Shown here piece after piece: positions 22,263 to 31,833 of a stretch of 64,000 bases of DNA. The DNA is from Andalucia godoyi And28 (lineage: Eukaryota > Protista > Jakobida), in contig VRVR01000034.1 in the NCBI GenBank assembly GCA_009859145.1, forward strand, positions 233,822 to 297,821, written 5' to 3'. Position numbers and translations under genes: made by a program. The notes below the pieces were generated by a model. That model did not search any database and had not been told where the DNA came from. It saw only the letters and a list, made by a program, of their open reading frames with translations. Position 1 is the stretch's first letter. Every line of letters starts with the position of its first letter.

Positions 22263-23862
22263 ATGGAGTTTGTAGTGATTGTGGGTGTCATTGCACTGGT
22301 GCTGCTGTACCTCGTTGTGAGAAGATATGTGTTTTGCAGCCGGATTTTCTATTCGATTCCATACAATCCCGGCTGGCTCCCGTTTCTGGGAACAGTACCC
22401 AACTTTGCATGGGATCCAGTGTCGTTCCTGAAATCGTGTTTTCCAAACGCAGAGTCTTCGTGCCCAGTGCACCAGTTTTTGTTGGCGGGCTTGAACATCA
22501 CGCTCATTCACGATCCGTCCAATCACGGGTTTTTCTTCCTGCGCAACGACTCTGACCTGTCGTTCCGCGATGCATATGTGAACATGTTTGAATCGGTGGT
22601 GGGAGAAGATGCGTTTTCCGTCGGAGTACCCGTCAAGGATTTGTTCAAGCCGGGAATGTCGTCTGCCAAGAGCGCCCTGTTTGATGCGCTGATCGAACGC
22701 GAAATCACGGATTTCAACACGCGCTTGTTCATGCAGGACCACGTGGACCCCAAGACCGGTGCCTGCGACTTATTCAAAGCGTGGGGGCATTTGGTGCTGC
22801 TTACGACGAGCAGATGCCTCGTTGGAAAGGAAGTGCATGAACAGAAGGGACTCATGGACAAGCTGCATGACTTGGAAGACGGGTTTAATGTCATCGGGCT
22901 CTTCTTCCCGGGACTTCCGCTGCCCGCTCTGACAAAGCGGCGACAGGCCAGAGACTCTATTTTGAGCTCGTTCATGCAAATCATACAAAAGCGAAGAGAG
23001 GAAATGGCGGCTTCAAATCGCCACGTGGACGATGGTCCGGAAGACATGTTGACCGTTCTCCTCGCGCATCAAAAGGACTTCAAGCTTGAAGACAAGAATA
23101 TCGCAGGGTTGCTGCTGTCGTTCATCTTTGTGGGGCAAGTGCAGACGTTTGCCGCAGCTGCATGGACGATACTGTACCTGTTGGAGCGGCCCGATCTGAA
23201 GAAACAGGTGTTGCTCGAAATCGACGCCAAGTATCCGCATGCAGTTCCCCAGATGGAGCTGTTGGAGCGATGCATTCGAGAGTCCGTTCGGTTGTCGTCC
23301 CCTGTTTTGATGTTCCGAAAGATCATGGTGGACAACCTTACGGTGCATCTCGGTTCAGGGTCTTTCAAGCTTCCAAAGGACTCGCTTCTTGCCGTCTCCC
23401 CGGTTCTCATTCATCGAGACGAGAGGATCTACAAGGATGCAGACTCGTATCTGCCGGATCGCTTCTCGCCAGGCTCCGATCTCTACAACAAGATTCCCTT
23501 TTCGTTCGTCGGCTTTGGTGGTGGGCGCCACTCTTGTCTCGGCGAGTTCTTTGCGTACCAAGAATGCAAACGTATGTTCTTTATTTTGCTCTCTCCTCCC
23601 TCTCCTCTCCTTTTCCCTTCCCTTTTCTTCATCTCCTCCTTTCTCTCCCTTGCGCTGAAAGGGTTTTGGATTGTCGCTAACGTCACTTGCCAATGTGTTT
23701 TTGCATTTCTCGCTTTCCTTCCCTGCAGACATGATTGCTCAATTGTTACGAGACTTTGATCTCAAGCTTGTGCAGCGGGTTCCAAAGCCAAACTTCAAGC
23801 ACATGGGCGGCCTGGTTATCCCAGAACGCCCCTGTCCAGTTTTTGTGAAGCGCCGTGTGTAA
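22263..23862 (+). CDS. Cytochrome P450, CYP51-clan, divergent; intron 23572-23728
   Basis: N-terminal TM anchor, ExxR (ESVR), PDRF and heme motif FGGGRHSCLG. A GTATGT...CTGCAG intron joins to ORF 23671..23862 (ECKH-MIAQLLRDFDLKL). Confidence 0.9.
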
Positions 23863-24588
23863 TCCGCCTGTTGCGTATGCCAATACAGCTTTCCTCCCGA
23901 GCCGAAGAGCACATCCCCGAAAGCAACAAGCGCAACAAGCCAAGGGGGAAGGGAATAAGAAGGTCGTGATGAGTTTCTTCGCAGTCTTGCGTGGCGTGCA
24001 TCACCGTCTCCCTCGCAGTGTGTCCTTCCCCCCAGTGACGAGGACATGACATGGCGCACCCTTTTCCTGTCATTCTTGCACCCCCCAAAGCCCGCGTAAA
24101 ACGTACGGTAGGGCCACCAGGAGACGCAAAGTCGATCGTTTGCGCCGTGAGATCGTCCAGAAAAGACTGGCTTCCCCTCCGAGTAATGACTCATTGTTGT
24201 GTGACACAATCATCCGCAGCAATGTTTCTCCACCCGAAGGATTTTGAGAACCGACACGTTCTGAAGCCGAAACCGACATTCAAAATACTGATCAATCGGG
24301 AGAGCCGTATTGGTCCCGTGGATGAGAATAACCCGCATCCCCCGTGCACACGTAAAGTGCTCCAGTATCCGGAAATTATCGCTGGCATTATTATATTATT
24401 GGTCGTAGATCGCAGCCTCTTTTGCAATTCCGTTGGTTGGACCTCTTTCCCATTCATCTCAATCCCGAGCATCAATTTTCATCTTTTTAATGACGTTTTT
24501 TCATGTAACTTTTTTTCTGTATAGTATTTTGACACAGTATCTCTTGTATATATTTATATATTTATATACATAAGCACACACAGAGAGG

Positions 24589-25860
24589 ATGGTTGAGTTT
24601 GCAAATGGCCGAAAGAGGTTTTCGCAGTGTTCAAGGCGGTTTCTGCTTGTGGCGCTTGGCGTGTGTGTTTTAGTATCGAGCTGTAGCATATTGACGGTTG
24701 GATTTCCTTCGTGGTGGCGATTGTCGGCGCAGACATCGAGTGTGCCTGATTCTACATTTTCAGATACGATGTTTGTGGTCGAATGCTCGCTGCTGGGCCC
24801 GCTGTCCGTGTATTCAAATGCAACGGCCTCGGTGTACTTTGAGTGTTCTCAGATCTCCAAGACGCTGTTTGTGAACTCGGTCTTTCGAACGGACATTTGC
24901 GAGCCGTTCATGAATTCTGCTCGACAAATAGCACTCATTTGCAGCTTAATGGGACATGTCTTGCTTGTCTTTCACGGACTGCTGTTCTTGGCGGAATTCG
25001 CAATTGGCCCACGACAGTTCTCGCGGGTTGCTTTGTATCTAGCGCTCGTTCTCGCAGTTTCAGGATGCGTGCTTTCTGTTCTTGCTGCCATTTTGTATGC
25101 AGTGTACATCCCATCGCTCTCGGACTTCAAGAACTTTTTCCGCACGTATTTGCAGTCCGCTGACAATCAAGGCTCGTATTCCAACTACACGTACTTGTCG
25201 ACACCAGCCTTCGGATTCATATTCTACATTACGTTCACATGCGTGTCTGTCGCATTTGCTCTCGCTTCGATTTTCTGTATTGTATCGAGTCGAAGACGGC
25301 TCCGCAAAAGACGGGTGGAGAAGGGTGGTGTTGGCGGTGCTACTACTGGTGGTGCTGCTGGAGATCACGACAACAACAACAACAACGACGACGACGACGA
25401 CGACGACGACGAAGATGAAGTGAAAGAGGGAGGCGCAAAGGGAAGTGGGAGTGCAAAAGGGCAGTTAAAGGTGTTTACAAACTTTGGAAGGTCTCCCGTG
25501 CGTGTTGCGGATTCGTTTCGGTCAGTCCAGAGCTTCATCCAGCCCAATCCACTTGCCCAGCAGCTCCATTCCCAGCAGTCGCAATCGCATGCACTTGGAT
25601 CGCCGTCGCCGCGCAGCAAACCGTCTTCGTCTCAACTCATGCAAGGTCCGTCCGCTGCGGCATTTCCGGAATCGTACTATTGGTCCACGCTGATGGCGAA
25701 AAAGGAGGCTCCGTCTCCGACTCGCATCAAGGATGACATCGAGAGGAAGGCTCACCTGTCTCCAATGAAGGCAATCACATTCGAGCCATCGTCTACTGCA
25801 TCGCGAGGCCATCGCACTGCAGCAAGCTCCGAGCCTCTTGTCGCCCATGATATCTCCTAA
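24589..25860 (+). CDS. Four-TM (claudin/SUR7-like topology) membrane protein with a disordered acidic and Ser/Pro-rich tail
   Basis: Four hydrophobic segments, a W..and Cys-containing first loop and a low-complexity C-terminus. The family assignment is by topology only. Confidence 0.65.
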   Translation: MVEFANGRKRFSQCSRRFLLVALGVCVLVSSCSILTVGFPSWWRLSAQTSSVPDSTFSDTMFVVECSLLGPLSVYSNATASVYFECSQISKTLFVNSVFRTDICEPFMNSARQIALICSLMGHVLLVFHGLLFLAEFAIGPRQFSRVALYLALVLAVSGCVLSVLAAILYAVYIPSLSDFKNFFRTYLQSADNQGSYSNYTYLSTPAFGFIFYITFTCVSVAFALASIFCIVSSRRRLRKRRVEKGGVGGATTGGAAGDHDNNNNNDDDDDDDDEDEVKEGGAKGSGSAKGQLKVFTNFGRSPVRVADSFRSVQSFIQPNPLAQQLHSQQSQSHALGSPSPRSKPSSSQLMQGPSAAAFPESYYWSTLMAKKEAPSPTRIKDDIERKAHLSPMKAITFEPSSTASRGHRTAASSEPLVAHDIS

Positions 25861-26279
25861 CATTCTATCCCTCCCCAAGATACTTCTGTTTTCTCCAATG
25901 TATATACATCTATCGACAACTTCTTAGTTCTTTTTTTTCCCTTCTCCACTTGCCTGTTTTTTCTTTCTTCTCGGCTACTGTTATTCTGATTATCATGTTA
26001 TTAAAGAATTGTGGTCATTGTTGCTGTGCATCCTCCTTTCAGCTGTAGTACATTCTTGTCCGAAATCCTCTACTGTACCAAGACACAACATGCATCTAAA
26101 ATGTCCGATGTCGACCCGGGCAATGCACCTTTCCCCTCCACCCGCAGAGGTCACTTTTGCCCTTCTTCTTTCCCCTTACAATGTTTTCAACGCCCACAAA
26201 CAGAAACGAGGGAGTCCCAGGTTTCTTTGAGCCCATTAATTAAGGAACTGCGCGTCGTCTTTGTTTTTTTAAAATTCTT

Positions 26280-26350
26280 TATCTTGTTATCTTGTTATCT
26301 TGCTATCTTGTTATTTTAGTTATTTTAGTTATTTTAGTTATTTTAGTTAT
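26280..26350. repeat. Tandem repeats (TATCTTGT)x~4 then (TATTTTAGT)x4
   Basis: Read directly. Confidence 0.85.
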
Positions 26351-26398
26351 TTTTATTTTAAGCTTGGTTTTGTTGCTGGGGATAGTTGGAAGGAGGGG

Positions 26399-27442
26399 AT
26401 GTCCAAGGTTGTTTTGAAGGTTCATTTTTTGGACGATTCATTCAAGACGGTTCTTGTAGACCCGGACACATGTACTTCGTCGTCGTTGCGGACGCTGATA
26501 GCCGAGAAGCTCGAGCTGCGGTCGCCGCATGATGACTTTTCGATCTATGTGCAGCGTCTGACAGCACAGGGTGGCGAGCGGCCGCTTGACGATGACGAAC
26601 TTCCGTGCAAGAACATTGTGTTGGATATGAAGGGTGTGGAGGCTGATGTTCCGTCGTACACATCTGTGAAGGCGCAATGGGAGGAGGTTCGGCGGTTGTG
26701 GGAAGTTCATTTCCGATATGTGTTCAAACGACGTCTGTTTCTTAAAGATGAGGTGCTCACGGCGTCCGCTGCAGATGAGCCGCTGGTGCGACTTGTGTAC
26801 ATCCAGGCGGTGTCGGATGTAATCTCCGGCGTGTATCCGTGCTCAGCAGACGAGTCGCTTGTGCTTGCGGCTCTTCAAATGCAGGTTGCCTTTGGGGACC
26901 ATGACGACGCGAAACACCCCGTGGGGTTCTTGGCTGCAAAGATTACGCGCTTTTTGCCACAGGGAACGCTATCGCAGGGACGCAGTGTCCAGGAACTGGA
27001 AGCTGATGTCTATGCTGAACACGTCCCGCTGAGAGGGCTGTCGAATGCAGATGCAATGTTGCAGTATTTGAGTCATGTTCGCAAATGGTACTTTTATGGG
27101 TCGTCCTTCTGGCTTGTGCGCGTCGGTGCAGAAAACCCGCTGAATCTGCCCTCTGCTGTCGTGCTCGCCGTCAACTGCGACGGGTTGCATCTCATGAAGA
27201 CAGAGACAAAGGAACTTATCTCTACTTTCCCATACACGGTCATCCACTCATGGGCCTACAAGGTCAATGGGTTCTACTTTAAGAAGAGCAACATGAAAAT
27301 CCCGTTTGAAACAGAATTTGGCTCGCAGATTGCAAAGACCCTCAAGTCCTTTGTCGATCTCATTCTCTCGCAGCAAAAGAAGCGAGATCAGCAAAAGGCT
27401 GCCGAGAACACAGCAACCGTTAATAACAGCGAAAACTCGTAA
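26399..27442 (+). CDS. Stand-alone FERM-domain protein
   Basis: F1 (LKVHFLDDSFKTV, YVFKRRLF), F2 (LVYIQAVSDVISGVYPC...LAALQMQVAFGDHD) and F3 (YGSSFW, LAVNCDGLHL, FPYTVIHSW) lobes are all present. Start at the ATG at 26399. Confidence 0.9.
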   Translation: MSKVVLKVHFLDDSFKTVLVDPDTCTSSSLRTLIAEKLELRSPHDDFSIYVQRLTAQGGERPLDDDELPCKNIVLDMKGVEADVPSYTSVKAQWEEVRRLWEVHFRYVFKRRLFLKDEVLTASAADEPLVRLVYIQAVSDVISGVYPCSADESLVLAALQMQVAFGDHDDAKHPVGFLAAKITRFLPQGTLSQGRSVQELEADVYAEHVPLRGLSNADAMLQYLSHVRKWYFYGSSFWLVRVGAENPLNLPSAVVLAVNCDGLHLMKTETKELISTFPYTVIHSWAYKVNGFYFKKSNMKIPFETEFGSQIAKTLKSFVDLILSQQKKRDQQKAAENTATVNNSENS

Positions 27443-27456
27443 GAGCGGAACAGTAG

Positions 27457-27489
<33 letters not shown>

Positions 27490-27639
27490 GAAAGTTCGTT
27501 CTCTCCGTGTCCAATGAAAAATGAAATTGCGAAATCACACACGTCTTGCCTCTCCCTTTGTTATAGTGCAGCAGCAGCAGTAGTAGTAATTGTGTTCTTA
27601 TTGCGTACATCTACATAAACGTAAAACATCGTGGTATTG

Positions 27640-28695
27640 TCAAAGAGTCGATTGGAACACTGCGCAGAAAATCTCTGCTGCTTTGCGTGCTTGATCCATG
27701 CTGACGTTGAGATGGAACACGGCACGCACAAGATGGTCGGACATGGAAGAGAGAAGCAAGCCTTTTTCCTTTGCAAGTGTTTTGATTCGCACAGCATCGG
27801 GCTTGCTAAGTTTCATGATGCAAATGTTGGTTTCCGGAAGTCCCGAACTTGGATCCTTTCCCACAACAACCACCGCATCTTCCCCCAACAACGACTTGAC
27901 CGTTCGGGCGAACACCTGCGCCTTTTCATGGTCGTCTGCAAGCAACGGATAGTGCTTCTGGAGAGCAAAGAGGCCAGCAGATGCGATAATTCCTGCCTGT
28001 CGCATTCCGCCTCCGAGAGCCTTTCTCCAGCGCCGAGCAGAATCAATGAACGCTCGCGTGCCGACGACAACGGAACCCACAGGAGCTCCAAGACCCTTGC
28101 TCAGGCAAAACGTGCACGAATCTGCAAACTCGAGCATCTGCTTGGGGGAAACGCCCAGCTTCACACAGGCATTCATCACTCGAGCCCCATCAATGTGCAC
28201 CTTCAGGTTGTTTTCATTCGCAATTCCGTGCACATCCTTGAGGAACTGGAGAGGCAGAACAGTGCCGCCACACACATTGTGCGTCTGTTCCAGACAAATA
28301 AGCCGGGTGGTTGGGAAGTGGACATCGTTTCCTCGGATCGCTGCACGGATCGAATCGAGGGAAAACGTTCCGTCGTCAAGATTCGCAATCTGGCGAGGAT
28401 GAACACCGGCAAGAGCCGCAGTGGAACCGCGTTCGTAGAGAAACAAGTGTGACCGGTCTCCAAGAATAAGCTCTTCGCCGCGTTGACAGTGGCAAAGGAC
28501 GGAGATGATGTTACCCATCGTTCCAGTTGGAACATACAGCGCTGATTCTTTTCCGCACAGCTCGGCCGCGTACTTCTCCAAAGCATTGATGGAAGGGTCT
28601 TCTCCGTACACGTCGTCCCCGACTTCTGCAGACGCCATCACTCCGCGCATTGATTCACTCGGAACCGTCACCGTATCGGATCGACAATCAATCAT
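27640..28695 (-). CDS. Low-specificity L-threonine aldolase (LtaE/GLY1 family)
   Basis: MIDCRSDT, VGDDVYGEDP, PTGTMGN, LEQTHN, HIDGAR and CLSKGLGAPVGS (PLP lysine). An upstream in-frame extension to 28902 is uncertain. Confidence 0.95.
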   Translation of the reverse strand: MIDCRSDTVTVPSESMRGVMASAEVGDDVYGEDPSINALEKYAAELCGKESALYVPTGTMGNIISVLCHCQRGEELILGDRSHLFLYERGSTAALAGVHPRQIANLDDGTFSLDSIRAAIRGNDVHFPTTRLICLEQTHNVCGGTVLPLQFLKDVHGIANENNLKVHIDGARVMNACVKLGVSPKQMLEFADSCTFCLSKGLGAPVGSVVVGTRAFIDSARRWRKALGGGMRQAGIIASAGLFALQKHYPLLADDHEKAQVFARTVKSLLGEDAVVVVGKDPSSGLPETNICIMKLSKPDAVRIKTLAKEKGLLLSSMSDHLVRAVFHLNVSMDQARKAAEIFCAVFQSTL

Positions 28696-29681
28696 CTGAT
28701 ACTCTCTCGCCCTTCTTCTTCTTCTTGGTCGTCGTTCGTTCGATTCAACACACCTCGCCGATTTCCTCGATCTTTCGTCCGCTTTTCGTCGTTCTCCGTG
28801 TTCGGGAGTTTCGGAATCTGCGCTGCAGGTGGGATGAAAACACGCAGTGTCATGCATCAATGTGTCCACAGTACATAGCAAGTCCTTTTCGGGAATGGTC
28901 ATGCTCTTTCTGCCAAGCGAAGAAGCATAGCTGTCGGTGCACGAAATTAACCGCTGCCGCGCACGAAAACAAAAACACTGCCACGCGCCATGCGTATGCG
29001 TATGTTATCTTGGCAGCTCCGTCACACGATGCCCGATTCGTTTCGCCCCATTTTGATCATGAAATCCCTATACACACGCCGCCGCGTTGCATTATGCATG
29101 TTGTTGGGTTGCAGCATTGATTCTGGTTGATCAGCGATGATTATCCGTGATTAGTGTACAATGTAGGCGCTCGTTTCATGACCTTTGTCTTACTAGAGCA
29201 TGTCAAAGCGTATCACCTGTGTTTATCTTTTGCATTCTACTTCCGATGTTCGCTGACGTTGTCGATGGGGGGTTTTTTTTTTGTTGTTTTGGATGGCAAG
29301 CGGGGGCGGATCCGATGCAGGATCGTGTGCCACATGCTGTGGTATGACGGATCGATCGTGACTGGAAAGGTGCGCGCGACGTCTATTTTTTATTTAAAAT
29401 CTAACGCATGCTGAAAGTGCGTGGTGGGGGGCCTATCCCCCGTTCTCGGTGCTATCGTCGGCGAAGGCAGTGCATAGTTTGTGCGCAATGTAGGCGAATG
29501 ACTGGTAGCTACCACTTCAGATGAGGCCACGAGGGGAAATGTGAAGACATGAGAGCAAACAAGCCATTTACGAGCTACGATACACCACAGATACAGTACT
29601 TATACACACACACACACACACACACACGTCATGTAACCCAGTAGACCCGCGGGACACAAAGGGGATCGTCAGAAAACCAGC

Positions 29682-31406
29682 TTAGCCAAGAAGAGGTCTG
29701 CCAGCGGCATCCTCCTCCTCTTCTTCTGTGGGTTGCCGCAGCAACGTCGGCGCGCCGAGTCGGTCATCCTCTGTCTCGTCTGCGTTCTCTCCGCTCCGTG
29801 GCGCACGTCTTACATCTGCAGTGCCGACTTGATGAATCAGCACCGCGTCTTCCTCTTCGTCGTCTTCTTCGGCAAGCGAAAAGTTTGTCAGCGGATGCAC
29901 CCGTTGCGCCGGAGAGCGGCTTCCGTGCGCTAGCGTGTGCGTGTCACTGGCCCTTACGGAGCGTGTTCGCAAAGTTCCTCCCGAATGCCCCAGCCCAACA
30001 GACACCTGCGCGAGCTCTTCCTCGTCAACTTCATCAATCATCGACATGTCAAGAGAGAAGGCATACCGGGTATTGTTCTCGGACGGTCTCCACAGCACAC
30101 ACATGGTCAGGAAAACTGCAACGTACCCAAAGAACCACACGGCTTCAAACATCCACTGCACACTCCAATGGCTCTCAAACGATCCGCTCGCAGCCCAGAA
30201 GCCTTCAAAAATGATCCACAAGACGGAAAACACCACGTAGAAGATCAGCGTGTTGATAAACCTTGTGTAGAGAAGAATCTTCACGGCCTGTCTTCGGGCC
30301 CGCAGTTCCGAAACCGTGTCTGCAAGCGCCCGGAACGTTACCATGTAGAACAACGCATCGAGAATCGCAACCGGTATTGCAAAGAGCGTCGCAGTTTCTA
30401 GGGAAATGTGGCCTGCCGCGTAGTTCGCCTGGGCCCACTCAAGACCTCCGGCGCACAAAAAGTACAGAATGGACGCCGCAAAGATCTTGTTCATTGTTTT
30501 CCCGAGCGTAGGTCTTACAACTCCAAATCCGAACGCAACGGACAGCACCAACACGCGTGAAAACGTCTTTCTGATGAGAGTAATCAAGATCTGCCAGACC
30601 AGTCCAGGCCGGTCAAGCCTGCCGGTCTCGTTCTGGTGGGCATAGAACGCAAGGTACGTGACTGCTTCAATGATGGTGATTACAAAGATTGCAGTCATCA
30701 AGTGCTGCACTCTCAGAATCTCGCGCTTCCACTGAATGTTGAGAATGACCCACGGAACAAGCAACACCATCAGCGACGCAAACATGAAGCCGTAGAACGG
30801 CATCATTCCAAAGTGGGTGCCAAGCAGATGTCCGTACGGATTCATCACTTCCACCGATCCATCGACGACGACGCTCGAGGAACCGGATCCGCACGACACG
30901 AACAGCATGTAGTACAGCCCAGACTCCACCACGTTGAATTCCGTGTGAATGGGAACCGTCGACATGTTCTCCCGTACCAGTGCATAGACCGGGAACGACC
31001 ACAGCTGATACTCGGTACTTTGGTTGGAGGCCAAGTTCCAGCGAAGCATGTCTTCTCCGTCGCAGTACAGCTTTGTGAAGTGGGAGTTTGGCAGAAACAC
31101 CCCGACCGCCTCGGAATACCGCGAGTGAAACACTGCAAAGTACACATTATTATTGACGAAAGCCTCGGTGTCTCCGTCTCGAGCCGTTATTCTCAGGTCT
31201 GCGTTGATATAGGACCTCCCATCACCCGGAGAAGTCTTGGACGGCGCATCCGAGGGCGAAAACATTCCAAATCTGTATAAACGAGGCGAGTCCAACGAAT
31301 CATCTTCGTATTCATAAAACATCCCATTCGAAACACTCGCAAACGACGCCAGAACAACAGCAACAAGCACCGGAAAGAACAATACCCTCACCATGTTCCA
31401 ACGCAT
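29682..31406 (-). CDS. GOST seven-TM protein (TMEM87/GPR107 family)
   Basis: Signal peptide, luminal domain (VESGLYYMLF, NPYGHL), seven TMs, RKTFSR, and LWRPSENNTRYA followed by an acidic tail. Confidence 0.9.
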   Translation of the reverse strand: MRWNMVRVLFFPVLVAVVLASFASVSNGMFYEYEDDSLDSPRLYRFGMFSPSDAPSKTSPGDGRSYINADLRITARDGDTEAFVNNNVYFAVFHSRYSEAVGVFLPNSHFTKLYCDGEDMLRWNLASNQSTEYQLWSFPVYALVRENMSTVPIHTEFNVVESGLYYMLFVSCGSGSSSVVVDGSVEVMNPYGHLLGTHFGMMPFYGFMFASLMVLLVPWVILNIQWKREILRVQHLMTAIFVITIIEAVTYLAFYAHQNETGRLDRPGLVWQILITLIRKTFSRVLVLSVAFGFGVVRPTLGKTMNKIFAASILYFLCAGGLEWAQANYAAGHISLETATLFAIPVAILDALFYMVTFRALADTVSELRARRQAVKILLYTRFINTLIFYVVFSVLWIIFEGFWAASGSFESHWSVQWMFEAVWFFGYVAVFLTMCVLWRPSENNTRYAFSLDMSMIDEVDEEELAQVSVGLGHSGGTLRTRSVRASDTHTLAHGSRSPAQRVHPLTNFSLAEEDDEEEDAVLIHQVGTADVRRAPRSGENADETEDDRLGAPTLLRQPTEEEEEDAAGRPLLG

Positions 31407-31687
31407 CGTCCTCCTCTGTCTCTGTTGTCTAGGATTGGGTTGAACTGGGACCAGATGATTCCCAGAACACTGAGTATTGAAAATCAATCATTTGCAGTTT
31501 CTGCCTCCAGGACTTGACACAAAACTTACTTACGGCGCAAAAATATGCGAAACCTAAAAAACGGCTTTCCTTCTCTTTTCTCTTTTCTCTTTTCTCTTTT
31601 CACTTTTCACTTCACTTCACTTCTCTTTTTCCTTCTTCTCTTCATTTCATTTGTTGTTTTTCTCTTCAAGAGAGACAGAGACGGAGA

Positions 31688-31760
31688 GGTATAGACAGGT
31701 AGAGAGCGGTAGAGAACGGTAGAGAGCGGTAGAGAGCGGTAGAGAACGGTAGAGAGGGAT
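31688..31760. repeat. 10-bp minisatellite (GGTAGAGARC)x~7 upstream of the ABCG gene
   Basis: Read directly. Confidence 0.9.
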
Positions 31761-31833
31761 AGAGACATAGGGGTACAGAAAGGTAGTGAAAAAGAAGGAG
31801 CGATCGAGCGAGGAAAGATTGAGAAAACGAGAA

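Noticed and set aside
22072-22275. uORF overlapping the P450 start
   Set aside because: It is a 67-codon ORF with no motif or other support, and is expected by chance in this composition.
28696-28902. N-terminal extension of threonine aldolase
   Set aside because: It is low-complexity, and family members start at MID(L/C)RSDT. It cannot be supported without transcript data.
31688-31760. Minisatellite and other short tandem arrays considered as CRISPR-like
   Set aside because: The units are contiguous with no unique spacers, and there is no cas-like gene.
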